Position numbers and translations under genes: made by a program. The notes below the pieces were generated by a model. That model was not told the DNA's origin. It saw nothing but the letters and a program-made list of their open reading frames with translations, and made no database searches. A stretch of 64,000 nt of DNA from Candidatus Binatia bacterium (lineage in GTDB: Bacteria > Desulfobacterota > Binatia > HRBIN30): assembly GCA_038245295.1 (NCBI GenBank), contig JBBRSP010000009.1:96001-160000 (forward strand). Reading direction: 5' to 3'. Below, one piece after another: positions 1-9,579 of this stretch. Numbering within the stretch: the stretch's first letter is position 1; the number at the start of each line of letters is the position of its first letter.

Positions 1-3
1 CCA

Positions 4-924
4 TCAGTCCTTGCCGGCGTAGATATCCATAACCTTGTGGAGGAACTCGACGGCTTCCTCCTTCGGACGCTGAAAAGAGTTGCGTCCGATGATCGAGCCA
101 AAGCCGCCACCATCGCGAATCCCTTTGACCTCATCGAAGATGGCGTTGGTCTCTTTGGCCTCGCCGCCCGAGAAGATGACGATTCGACGCCCGCCGAATG
201 CTCCCTGGACAACGTGGCTGATCCGTTCGGCGAGTGTCCCGATCGGGATGGCCTGCTTCTCGTAGACTTTGCGCGCCGCATCCTGCTCGATGTGGGCTGT
301 CGGCGGCTTGACCTTGATCAAGTGGGCCCCGAGCTGGGCGGCGATCTGCGCCGCATAGGCGCAGACATCAATCGCCGTCTCACCCTGCTTCGAGATGCCC
401 GAGCCGCGCGGGTACGACCACACGACCACGGCCAGGCCCTTGCGCTTGGCTTCTTCGGCAAGCTCGCGGATCTGATTGTACATGACGCCGCGTTCGGCGG
501 AGCCGGGGTAGATCGTGAAGCCGATGGCAGCACAGCCAAGTCGCAGCGCTTCATCGACGCTGCCGGTGAGAGCCGGCAACGGATCGGCGCCGTTGTAGAG
601 GCTGTCGGAGTTGTTGAGCTTGAGGATGAGCGGAATCTCACCGGCGAAGTCGGCCGCGCCGGCTTCGAGGAAGCCGAGCGGCGCCGCGTAGGCGTTACAG
701 CCGGCCGCGAGAGCAAGCTCGAAGTGGTAGCGCGGATCATAGGCGGGCGGATTGGCGGCAAAACTGCGCGCCGGACCATGCTCGAAGCCTTGATCAACCG
801 GCAAGATGACGAGCTTGCCCGTACCACCCAGGCGTCCATGATTGAGCAAGCGAGCAATATTGCTCAGCGTCCCCGGATTGTCGCTGCGGTACCAGCTGAG
901 AATCTCGCGTACACGTTTCTTCAT
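4..924 (-). CDS. fbaB: Class I fructose-bisphosphate aldolase (DhnA/FbaB type)
   Basis: Real start is MKKRVREILSWY (ATG 924, AGGAGG upstream); motifs LVILPVDQGFEHGP, VVWSYPRG, AQLGAHLIKVK, GSIIGRNSFQR. The 5' extension of the listed ORF is a shadow of the next gene. Confidence 0.92.
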   Translation of the reverse strand: MKKRVREILSWYRSDNPGTLSNIARLLNHGRLGGTGKLVILPVDQGFEHGPARSFAANPPAYDPRYHFELALAAGCNAYAAPLGFLEAGAADFAGEIPLILKLNNSDSLYNGADPLPALTGSVDEALRLGCAAIGFTIYPGSAERGVMYNQIRELAEEAKRKGLAVVVWSYPRGSGISKQGETAIDVCAYAAQIAAQLGAHLIKVKPPTAHIEQDAARKVYEKQAIPIGTLAERISHVVQGAFGGRRIVIFSGGEAKETNAIFDEVKGIRDGGGFGSIIGRNSFQRPKEEAVEFLHKVMDIYAGKD

Positions 925-1032
925 TATAGGGAGGCCTCCTCGAACGGCGTTAGTAGTCGGGTGGCGGCGCCGGGTCAACGCATCAAAGGTGCCAGAATTC
1001 TTGGTTTCACATCGGCGGCACGCCCTGTATGC

Positions 1033-3174
1033 ATGGTCGCCGTGCGAATCTTCTTCTTGTGCGTCTTGTTGTCGGTCAGCCGACCGGCACAAGCGCAAGT
1101 GCTCGGTGATGCCAACTGTGATGGCCAGCTCGATGTGCTTGATCGGATGGCGGCGGCACAGAACGTCTTCGCCGCACCACCATGCGCCGACGCCGATGTG
1201 AATGACGATGGTCGGCTGAGCGCCGCCGATGCGATCGCCGTCACCGACTTGCTCCTCTTCGGCACCCCGACTCCGACGCCAACCGCGAGCCCGACGATGA
1301 CCGCAACAGCGACGCCATCGCTGAGCCCGACACGCACAGCAACACCGTCGCCGAGCCCCAGCCCAACGATCACCGGCACGCCGACACAAACCCTGCGGCC
1401 GTGCGCCGACGGCGCCGCGTCTCTCGATCTGACCATCGACAACCGCAGCGGCCAGGCGTCGATCACGGCAAGACTCAGTGGACGCCTGTTGCAGCCATCG
1501 TGCGCCAACTTGGTGGGGGCCTCGGAGTATGACGTGACCACGTCTGCCGCCGGCGAACACCTCGACGCTCTGGCGCCCGGACTGTGGGTACACAGCATCG
1601 CGGTCAGCGATCCGCCGACCTTGCAGAGCCAACACCAGAGCAGCTTGCTGCTCGCCGCCGCCGCCAACTCGGTTGGCTTCACGGCCTTCGCCAGCGTTGG
1701 CGTCGTCCGCCGCCCCAACGACGGCACCGGCAACAACACGTTTCGCGATGCATGGCGCGCCGCCGACGCCGCGGTAAAGCCGTATCTCATTCAATTCGAT
1801 GAAGCGGTATTCCCGCCCGGTGTGCCGACGGCCATGAAGCTGGCGAGCGCCCTGGCGCCGCTGGCGGCCAGCGAGGTGACCATCGACGCAATCGACTCGG
1901 GTGGTGGCGCTGCCAACCGCATCCTCGACGCCGACGGGCGTGCCAACGCCGTATTGACGATCAACGGCGGCGACAACACGGTTCGCGGCTTGCGGTTGCG
2001 CAACAGCGGCGCCAACAACCGCGATGTCGTGTCGATCAGCGGCCCGGAGGCCTCCAACAACCGGATCGAGCAGTGCATCGTCGAACAGTCGGCGACGGGC
2101 GACGCGATCGGCATCGATAATGAGGCAGGCTTCGATCCGATCGCCACCGCAAACGTCGTCCGCCAATGCGAGATCAGCACCGCTTCCGACAAGGGCGTGA
2201 AAGTGACTCGCAACGCCTACGCGCGCGTCGAGCGCAGCTGGCTGCATCACAATGCCAACGGCGGCGTGCAGTCGACGCTGAGTGGGCATGTAACGGCAAC
2301 CGACAATCTGATCGAGCACAACGCCGGGTCGACGGCACAGAACGGTTTATCGGTAAACGGTGTCGCCCCCGACACCCCGATGCTCCCGAGCGAGCTCGAG
2401 TCTGAGGGCAACCTCGTACGCTTCAACGGCGCCAACGGATTGTCTGTGCGCGGCCTGTCGGTAGCGGTGTCGAACAACGACGCGCTGGTCGGCAATGCCA
2501 AGGACGGCCTGCGTGTCGCCAACGAAGGCACACCGGCCACGGCGCTGGTCTCCGGCTCGACGATGGCGTGTAATGGAGCCAACGGCGCGGCTATCGAGCC
2601 GACCTCGTTTGTCGACTTCGGTGGTGGGCGTTTCGGGCTGAGCGGCAACAACGCCTTCACCCAGAACAATCTTCCAGGTGGCGCTGAAAATCTTCTCAAC
2701 CTGACGACGGCGGCGCTCTACGCCACCAACAGTCAGTGGGAACACTGCGGCCGCTTGGCGGAATGCGACGACACGCAGATTGCCAGTTACGACCTGAGCG
2801 ATCAGGGTCGGCTGACCGTGATCGCCCCCTCGCAGGCGCACCGCTCGAACCAGGCGCCGGCGATCACCTCGGTGCGCCCGAGCAAGGGGGTGGCCGGCGA
2901 TCTCGTGCGCGTCTTCGGCAGCGGCTTCAACGTCATCGATGCGTACGCGGCCGACTCGACCTGCCCCGACACCGCGACGCGCAATCGTTGCGTACCGCTG
3001 CACGGCAACTGTGTTCGCATCGGCAATACGCCGGCGCCGATCGAGGCAGTGACGCCAACGATGCTGATCGTGCGCCTACCTTTCACCTGTGCAGAGGCTG
3101 TGCCCCTAACGGTTACGACGCAGGGTGGCGGCACAAGCGCCGTCGCAGCGTTCTGCACCAATGCGGTGCCGTAG
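1033..3174 (+). CDS. Secreted modular protein: N-terminal dockerin-like domain, PT linker, right-handed beta-helix repeats, C-terminal IPT/TIG-like domain
   Basis: Signal peptide ending AQA; GDANCDGQLDVLD...ADVNDDGRLSAAD duplicated Ca-loop; Asn/Gly-rich beta-helix repeats; PAITSVRP..G..GDLVRVFGSGF IPT start. Confidence 0.72.
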   Translation: MVAVRIFFLCVLLSVSRPAQAQVLGDANCDGQLDVLDRMAAAQNVFAAPPCADADVNDDGRLSAADAIAVTDLLLFGTPTPTPTASPTMTATATPSLSPTRTATPSPSPSPTITGTPTQTLRPCADGAASLDLTIDNRSGQASITARLSGRLLQPSCANLVGASEYDVTTSAAGEHLDALAPGLWVHSIAVSDPPTLQSQHQSSLLLAAAANSVGFTAFASVGVVRRPNDGTGNNTFRDAWRAADAAVKPYLIQFDEAVFPPGVPTAMKLASALAPLAASEVTIDAIDSGGGAANRILDADGRANAVLTINGGDNTVRGLRLRNSGANNRDVVSISGPEASNNRIEQCIVEQSATGDAIGIDNEAGFDPIATANVVRQCEISTASDKGVKVTRNAYARVERSWLHHNANGGVQSTLSGHVTATDNLIEHNAGSTAQNGLSVNGVAPDTPMLPSELESEGNLVRFNGANGLSVRGLSVAVSNNDALVGNAKDGLRVANEGTPATALVSGSTMACNGANGAAIEPTSFVDFGGGRFGLSGNNAFTQNNLPGGAENLLNLTTAALYATNSQWEHCGRLAECDDTQIASYDLSDQGRLTVIAPSQAHRSNQAPAITSVRPSKGVAGDLVRVFGSGFNVIDAYAADSTCPDTATRNRCVPLHGNCVRIGNTPAPIEAVTPTMLIVRLPFTCAEAVPLTVTTQGGGTSAVAAFCTNAVP

Positions 3175-3238
3175 GGCGCCTCGTGAGGCGCCCGGGTGCG
3201 GGGTGCGGGGTGCGGGCGGACCCTGCACCCGGCACCCG
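3171..3238. repeat. GTAG-headed hairpin (GGCGCCTC-GT-GAGGCGCC) followed by GGGTGCG heptamer repeats and their inverted partners
   Basis: Read directly in the intergenic gap after the stop codon. Confidence 0.55.
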
Positions 3239-3296
3239 CTGAAGCGCGCCACGCATCTTTCATCCGCGCGCGCTTCAGCATACACACCCTGGCGCG

Positions 3297-6200
3297 ATGG
3301 ATTGTGCTGCCTGCGGACACGACAACCGCTCCGAGAGTCGATTCTGTACGCGCTGTGGCGCCGGGCTCGAGCGGCGCTGCCCGTCTTGCGGTAACAGCGT
3401 TGCCGCGGACGACAAGTTCTGCAGCCAGTGCGGTAGTGCCCTTACCGCCGCCGCGGCGCCGCAAGCGTCGACGGCTCAAGCGCGCAATCGCGAGTCGCCG
3501 CAGCGCTACACGCCGCGTCATCTGGCCGAACAAATTTTGACCATGCGCAGCGCCCTGGCCGGCGAGCGCAAACATGTCACCGTCCTGTTCGCCGACGTGA
3601 AGGGCTCGATGGAGCTGGCGGAGCAGGTCGATCCCGAGGTCTGGCACTACGTGATGGATCGTTTCTTCACCATCCTCAACGAAGGCGTGCATCGCTTCGA
3701 GGGAACGATCAATCAGTACACCGGCGACGGCATCATGGCCCTGTTCGGCGCACCGATCGCTCATGAGGATCACGCCCAGCGCGCTTGTTACTCGGCCTTG
3801 CATCTGCGCGACGCGTTGCGCCGCTATGCCGACGATCTGCGCGCCGATCCGGGGCTGAACTTCTCCGTGCGTATGGGATTGAACTCGGGCGAGGTCATCG
3901 TCGGGAGTATCGGCGATGACTTACGCATGGACTACACGGCGCAAGGACACACCGTCGGGCTCGCGGCGCGCATGGAACAGCTCGCCGAACCGGGCAAGAT
4001 TCTCCTCGCTGCCGACACGGCGCACCTGGTGCAGGGGTACTTCAAGTTACGCGAGCTAGGCGCCACCAAGGTACGCGGGGTCAGCAACCCGGTGCCGATC
4101 TTCGAGCTTGCTGGTGTCGGCGATCTACATACGCGCTTCGACCACTCGCGGGCCCGCGGGCTGTCGCGTTTTGTCGGCCGTAACTCGGAGCTGACGGCGC
4201 TCGACGAAGCGCTCGAGTTGGCGCGCCGCGGGCAAGGGCAGGTCGTCGGCATCGTCGGTGATCCGGGCGTCGGCAAAAGCCGTCTGTGCCATGAGTTTAC
4301 CGAGAGCAGCCGGGCTCGTGGCATCCGAGTCACCCAGGCGCAGGGTGTGCCGCACGGCAAGACGATCCCGCTGCTGGCGTGGATGCAACTGTTGCGCGGC
4401 TACTTCGGCGTCGCCGAGACCGACTCGCCGGAGGCGTCGCGCGACAAGATCGCCGGCCGCCTGTTGCAACTCGACCCCGAGATGCGTTCGACATTGCCGA
4501 CGGTCTTCAACTTTCTCGGTGTACCGGATGCCAGCGGGCCGCGCCCGGCCCAGACCGCCGAGGAGCAACGCGAAGTTCTCTTCGAGATGAGCCAGCGCAG
4601 CATGCGTGGAAGGACACGCAACGGCATCGTGCTGATCACCTGCTTCGATGACGTGCAGTGGCTCGACTCCGGCAGCGAACGTTTCCTCGCCGACATGGTG
4701 GCGGCGGTGGCCGACACGACGACGCTGGTCCTGGTCAATTTCCGACCGGAGTTCCAGGCCGAGTGGATGTCGCTACCGTATTACCGGCAACTCGATCTGC
4801 GGCCGCTCGGCGAAGTCGAGATGACCGCCATGCTCGATGATCTTCTCGGCCAGGATGCGTCGCTGCGCGGCGTCGCGGCACGCATCGCCCGCCGCACCGC
4901 CGGCAACCCGTTCTTCGTCGAAGAGGTCGTGCAGAACCTCTACGAAACGGGCTACCTGCAAGGTGATCGGGGCGCCTACAAGTTGGTTCGAGCCCTCGGT
5001 CGCATTGGCATTCCAACCACCGTGCAGGCCATCCTGGCAGCGCGCATCGATCGTCTGCCGGAGTCTGCCAAGGCGCTGCTGCAGGTGGTCGCGGTGATCG
5101 GCAAAGAGTGCAGTGAGCCCGTCCTGCTCGAAACCTTGCGTCGTCGGGCGCGCGTCGACGACGTGCCGACGCTGTCGCCTGATTTGAGCTCGGCGTTCAT
5201 TCCACTGATCGATGGCGGATTCATCACCGAGAAATCGGTCTATCCCGAGCGGGTGTATGCGTTTCGCCATCCGCTGACCCACGAGGTTGCGTACCACTCG
5301 CAACTCTCCGAGCAGCGCCAGCAACTGCACGCGGCGGCGGCCGAGTCGGTGGCCATGGTGCATTCTAGCCGGCTCGACGAACACGCCGCGTTGCTAGCCC
5401 ATCACTGGGAGAGCTCCGGCGACATGTGGACCGCGTCGCAGTGGCATGCGCGCGCCGGGGAATGGGCCAGTGGGCGCGATCGCGGTGAGGCGATGCGTCA
5501 CTGGCGTAAGGTCCGGGATCTGGTGGCCGCCGTCGCGCCGTCGCCGGAAGTCGAGGCGTTGGCATTGCTGGCGCGGCAGCATATGCTGATCGGCGGCTTG
5601 TTCCTGGGCATGACCCCCGAAGAGGCGACGCAGATCTTCCGCGAGGGCATCTCGCTCGCCAAGCGTGTCAAGGACCGCACCGCCTACCTCGAGTTGCTGA
5701 TCGGTTACGCGACGCAGCGCGCCTTCGCCGGCGCGATGGATGAAGGGCTAAACTTATTGCGCGAAGCCGTGGAGTCGGTCGACCAGTCCGGCTCCGTCGA
5801 GCTGCGCTTCGTCTTCCGTGCCTCGATGATTCATATGATGGTGCACAGCGGTGAGCTCGACGCAGCGATCGCCCTGGCGCGCGAAGCCGAAACCTTGATC
5901 GATAGCGACACGACCGTCGGTGCCGAGATCACCGGCTTCAGTCCGCTCGGCCTGGTTATCGCCAACCGCGGCTTTGCCGCCATGCATCGCGGCGATCTGA
6001 CCTCGGCAATGAATCTGCTCGACCGCGCCCGACGTATTGCCGAGGAACGTAGCGAGATTGATCTATTGATTCCTGTCGAAACCTATACGGCGTTACTGTG
6101 GTACTTCATCGGCGACGGTACGCAGGCGGTGGCGCACGCGCGGCGCAGCGTCGAGTTGGCGGAAGCGAGTGTTCAATCAAACCTCAGCATCGGCGCCCAC

Positions 6201-6707
6201 GGCGCGTTGGGGATCGCCTACACCATGACGGAGCAGTGGGAGGAAGCCATCGCGACGTTGGAGCTGTCCCTGGCGGGCAGCAAGAAGGCGCATGCCGGAA
6301 AGTTCCTCGACAGCGCCCACCTGGCGCACCTGGCCATCGCCCAATACGGTGCCGGCCGCCAGCAGGCGGCGATCGACAGTGCGCAACGCGCGGTAACCTT
6401 GTGCGAGGAGCGCCACTCGGTGCTGACCATGATCACGGCCCTCCTGGCCCAGGCGCGTTGCCTGCGGCTTGTCGACCCGGACGCCAGCGCCATGGCTTTG
6501 GGCCGCGCCCGGGAGATCGTCGAGCGCAGCAATGCCAACGTGTTCGCGCCGATGCTCCTGGAGGAGAGCGCCAATCAGGCGTTGGCAAAGGGCGACGCTA
6601 AGCTGTGGCGTACCCTGCTGGCGCAAGCACAACAAACCTACGCCGGCATTGGTGCCGGCGCCCATGCGCAACGCCTCGACGCGGCGACCAACGTGGCGGA
6701 CGCTTAA
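3297..6707 (+). CDS. Double zinc-ribbon / class III adenylate-guanylate cyclase / AAA ATPase / TPR protein
   Basis: 4 x CxxC at the N-terminus; VTVLFADVKGS and YTGDGIMALFGAP cyclase motifs; Walker A GDPGVGKS, Walker B CFDDVQW, TAGNPFF; helical repeat C-terminus. Confidence 0.9.
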   Translation: MDCAACGHDNRSESRFCTRCGAGLERRCPSCGNSVAADDKFCSQCGSALTAAAAPQASTAQARNRESPQRYTPRHLAEQILTMRSALAGERKHVTVLFADVKGSMELAEQVDPEVWHYVMDRFFTILNEGVHRFEGTINQYTGDGIMALFGAPIAHEDHAQRACYSALHLRDALRRYADDLRADPGLNFSVRMGLNSGEVIVGSIGDDLRMDYTAQGHTVGLAARMEQLAEPGKILLAADTAHLVQGYFKLRELGATKVRGVSNPVPIFELAGVGDLHTRFDHSRARGLSRFVGRNSELTALDEALELARRGQGQVVGIVGDPGVGKSRLCHEFTESSRARGIRVTQAQGVPHGKTIPLLAWMQLLRGYFGVAETDSPEASRDKIAGRLLQLDPEMRSTLPTVFNFLGVPDASGPRPAQTAEEQREVLFEMSQRSMRGRTRNGIVLITCFDDVQWLDSGSERFLADMVAAVADTTTLVLVNFRPEFQAEWMSLPYYRQLDLRPLGEVEMTAMLDDLLGQDASLRGVAARIARRTAGNPFFVEEVVQNLYETGYLQGDRGAYKLVRALGRIGIPTTVQAILAARIDRLPESAKALLQVVAVIGKECSEPVLLETLRRRARVDDVPTLSPDLSSAFIPLIDGGFITEKSVYPERVYAFRHPLTHEVAYHSQLSEQRQQLHAAAAESVAMVHSSRLDEHAALLAHHWESSGDMWTASQWHARAGEWASGRDRGEAMRHWRKVRDLVAAVAPSPEVEALALLARQHMLIGGLFLGMTPEEATQIFREGISLAKRVKDRTAYLELLIGYATQRAFAGAMDEGLNLLREAVESVDQSGSVELRFVFRASMIHMMVHSGELDAAIALAREAETLIDSDTTVGAEITGFSPLGLVIANRGFAAMHRGDLTSAMNLLDRARRIAEERSEIDLLIPVETYTALLWYFIGDGTQAVAHARRSVELAEASVQSNLSIGAHGALGIAYTMTEQWEEAIATLELSLAGSKKAHAGKFLDSAHLAHLAIAQYGAGRQQAAIDSAQRAVTLCEERHSVLTMITALLAQARCLRLVDPDASAMALGRAREIVERSNANVFAPMLLEESANQALAKGDAKLWRTLLAQAQQTYAGIGAGAHAQRLDAATNVADA

Positions 6708-6752
6708 TGGCCAAATGGCAAACCGGCCAAATGGCCAGATGAAAGGTTTCCG

Positions 6753-7142
6753 ATGAGTATTGTGAAGAGAATCTTGCTGTGGATCCTGGGCGTGGCGTTC
6801 ATGTTTGCCGGCTACATGCACTTCAAACGCCCCGACTTCTACATGCCGATGATGCCACCGTATCTGCCGGCGCACCTGTTCTTGGTGTACGCGTCGGGCG
6901 TCGCGGAGTTTGTCAGCGGTCTTGGCATCTTGATCCCGGCGACGCGCAAAGCGGCGGCCTGGTTCATGATCGCTACCTTGGTGGCCATCTTCCCTGCCAA
7001 CGTCCACATCGCGCTGCACAACGTCGCCGTCTTCGGCAATCCCGAAGGCGCCGGGATCCTGAATTGGGTGCGTCTGCCGTTTCAGGCCGTCTTCATCGCC
7101 TGGGCCTGGTGGTACACCTTCGACGAACAACGCCAGTTCTAG
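6753..7142 (+). CDS. DoxX-like membrane protein
   Basis: AGYMHF..P.FY..MMPPYLP, SGVAE, IFPANVH, RLPFQ motifs; four hydrophobic segments. Confidence 0.8.
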   Translation: MSIVKRILLWILGVAFMFAGYMHFKRPDFYMPMMPPYLPAHLFLVYASGVAEFVSGLGILIPATRKAAAWFMIATLVAIFPANVHIALHNVAVFGNPEGAGILNWVRLPFQAVFIAWAWWYTFDEQRQF

Positions 7143-7348
7143 TGCATCTGGTACCGGCGCAATAACTTCGACGATTCTTAATTGCTTGACTGTGGCTGCG
7201 GTTTGGGACAACCACCGACGCGTATTGTGTTGCACGTACCGTAGCGCTTGATTGGTGGGTTCCGACCTGCGGAGGTCTGGGCACCACCGGTCGCGTCGAT
7301 CCCTCACGGGGCGGACGAGCAGATTGATTGCGTCGAAGGAGAAGAAAC

Positions 7349-8932
7349 ATGAAGTCGCGCTTTCTCATGGCGGTCGCGTTTGCGTGCCTGGCGCAGCAGG
7401 CCGCCGCGGCGCCCTGTAACCTCAGTGATCCAACCTTGTTGCGGCCGGATTTGGTCGGCCTGACGCCGACCCGTCTGCGCGTCAGCCAGCGCAGCGGTGT
7501 GCGCCAATTGTCGTTCACCACTCTCATCGCCAACAAAGGCGACGGGCCGCTGTCGCTGACGTCACACGCCGACGGCGCCAGCGGCACGATGACGCAGATT
7601 CTCAGCCGCGCCGACGGCAGCACCTGTGAGGTCGCCCTGGGAACATTCCCCGTCGAGTCGAACGACCGGTTCGTGCGCCTGCCCAACTACGCGCATTACT
7701 TCGTGCGCAAGGACAATCCGATCACCGGCGCCATCGTCGCGTCGGGAAGTCTGAAATCGTTTTGCATTGCCGACATCCAGCCACTGGGAACGGATACACC
7801 GCGGCAGGTGGACAGCTCCTGCATCGGCCCCGACTCCATCGAGGGCTTGTCCGTCAACTGGGCAGACTCGTACGACCCAACCTACCCGGAGCAGACGATC
7901 TTCCTCGATACGACGGCAGGATCGGTCGCCGTGGGTACCTACTTCCTCGTCGTCGAGCCCGACCCATACAGCCTGCTGGTCGAGAAGAATCCTGCCTCAA
8001 CCGCCAACTTTGGTGTGATCAGCGTCGACGTCCCGCCACGCATCGGCAGCGGCCCGGTGCCACCGGCACCGTCACCGTTGGCATCGGCAACACCGAAGCC
8101 GACAGCGACGCGCACGAGTCCGGTTCCGGCAACACCAACCGGCGCGAGCGGAACACCAGTGCCGACGGCGACGGCGTCGAACACGCCAATCCCACCGAGC
8201 GCGACACCACTAGACAATCCAACACCGACAAGGACGGTGCGATCGAGACCGACAGCACGACCAAGGCCGTCGCCGCGACCACGGCCGACGTTATCGCGGA
8301 CGCGAATTCCACGTGACGGCACACCCACCGCCACGGCGATTCCGCCAACCGCCACCGCCCCGGCCGCGACCGCAACGGCACCGCGGACCTCAACGGCCGC
8401 GGCTCCGACACGAACAGCGACGGCCACGCCGACAACGGCACCCACTGATTCTGGGCCGCAGAGCTGCCCGGGTGTACCGGTGACTTGCCCGGCTCACCCG
8501 GCGTGCAAGACCGGCAACCGCCTCGGCAAACTCTACTTCGCGTATCCCGGGACCGACAGAGTGGTGAGCGCCAGCGGTTACCTGCGCCTCAACCAAAACT
8601 CCAATGGTATTCACCCAAGCAGCGAGCCGGCCTCGCTGGCGCTGGTCGACATGGACAGCAAGACGGTGATCAGTCTGCCGAACTTGCACTTCGAGCCCTC
8701 GGGTGATGGTTGGGTCGCCGACACGGGTGACGCGATCGTTACGTTGACCCCGTCGTCGCGTGGCTACACCTTCACCTTGCGTATCGACAACCCCATGTTT
8801 CCGCCGGGCTACTTCAGCGTCTTCTATCAGATGTGCTTGAGCATCGGTGACGATGGCATCGACGAACAGATCGTCTGCCAGCAGAAGCCGAACGACGGAT
8901 TCCTGTGCCACAGCAACGGGCCAACATTCTAG
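7349..8932 (+). CDS. Secreted protein with a lysyl-oxidase-like N-terminal domain, long PT linker and Cys-containing C-terminal domain
   Basis: AAGGAG RBS and signal peptide; LRPDL, IANKGDGPL, KSFCIAD, GLSVNWADSY, GTYFLVVEPDP match bacterial LOX-like domains. Confidence 0.65.
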   Translation: MKSRFLMAVAFACLAQQAAAAPCNLSDPTLLRPDLVGLTPTRLRVSQRSGVRQLSFTTLIANKGDGPLSLTSHADGASGTMTQILSRADGSTCEVALGTFPVESNDRFVRLPNYAHYFVRKDNPITGAIVASGSLKSFCIADIQPLGTDTPRQVDSSCIGPDSIEGLSVNWADSYDPTYPEQTIFLDTTAGSVAVGTYFLVVEPDPYSLLVEKNPASTANFGVISVDVPPRIGSGPVPPAPSPLASATPKPTATRTSPVPATPTGASGTPVPTATASNTPIPPSATPLDNPTPTRTVRSRPTARPRPSPRPRPTLSRTRIPRDGTPTATAIPPTATAPAATATAPRTSTAAAPTRTATATPTTAPTDSGPQSCPGVPVTCPAHPACKTGNRLGKLYFAYPGTDRVVSASGYLRLNQNSNGIHPSSEPASLALVDMDSKTVISLPNLHFEPSGDGWVADTGDAIVTLTPSSRGYTFTLRIDNPMFPPGYFSVFYQMCLSIGDDGIDEQIVCQQKPNDGFLCHSNGPTF

Positions 8933-9579
8933 ATTTGCGGCGGGTTCGGCGGTTTTGTTGGGGGGGATCGCCGGACCTCGGTCGGGGCAACGGGGAAGAC
9001 TGGGAATGATGGGAAGGATAACCCTCCCGGCTGTTCGCATAGCATTTGCGCTCATGCGGTCTCGGTCAAATTTTCCCCGCTCAAGTCACCCCATTTGACG
9101 CACCAGGAAGCCCCAGGAGGCGCGATCACCGGGTAGGATGGCTCTACCTACGCACACAAACTCAACGTTTTTCGGCGATTTTGAACGATGCCCCTTGAAA
9201 TTGAAGGGGATTTCCGTCGGCCAAGGTCGTTTCTGTCGCCGATCGCCGGTCTCCGCAAGGCTGCCCTAGACTTGGTCTGATAGTCTCGGGCCTTCGCGAA
9301 TTTTTCGTCCCATATTCACGACATCCGGACCCGGGGACCCATTTCGTCGAGTTGCACCGGAGGCCTCGCGGCATCCGCCTGTGGGATGCGCCCAGCGATC
9401 GCGCCCGGCAAAAAATAATTTGACAGTCAGACCCATGCTCTGGTAGCGGCGTGGTGTCTGCTTGGGGGTAGGCGTATGTCGAATTACGGGGGCACTAGGG
9501 GATCGGCTTCGCCGATGGCGGCAAGTTCGTCGGGCTGGTCTTTTCCGCAAGGCCCGGCGCGCGACAGCGTGCCCGGCAC

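Noticed and set aside
37..1032. N-terminal extension of the 1045-aa ORF and the reciprocal extension of the 771-aa ORF
   Set aside because: Antisense shadows of fbaB and the secreted gene; signal peptide and RBS define the shorter starts.
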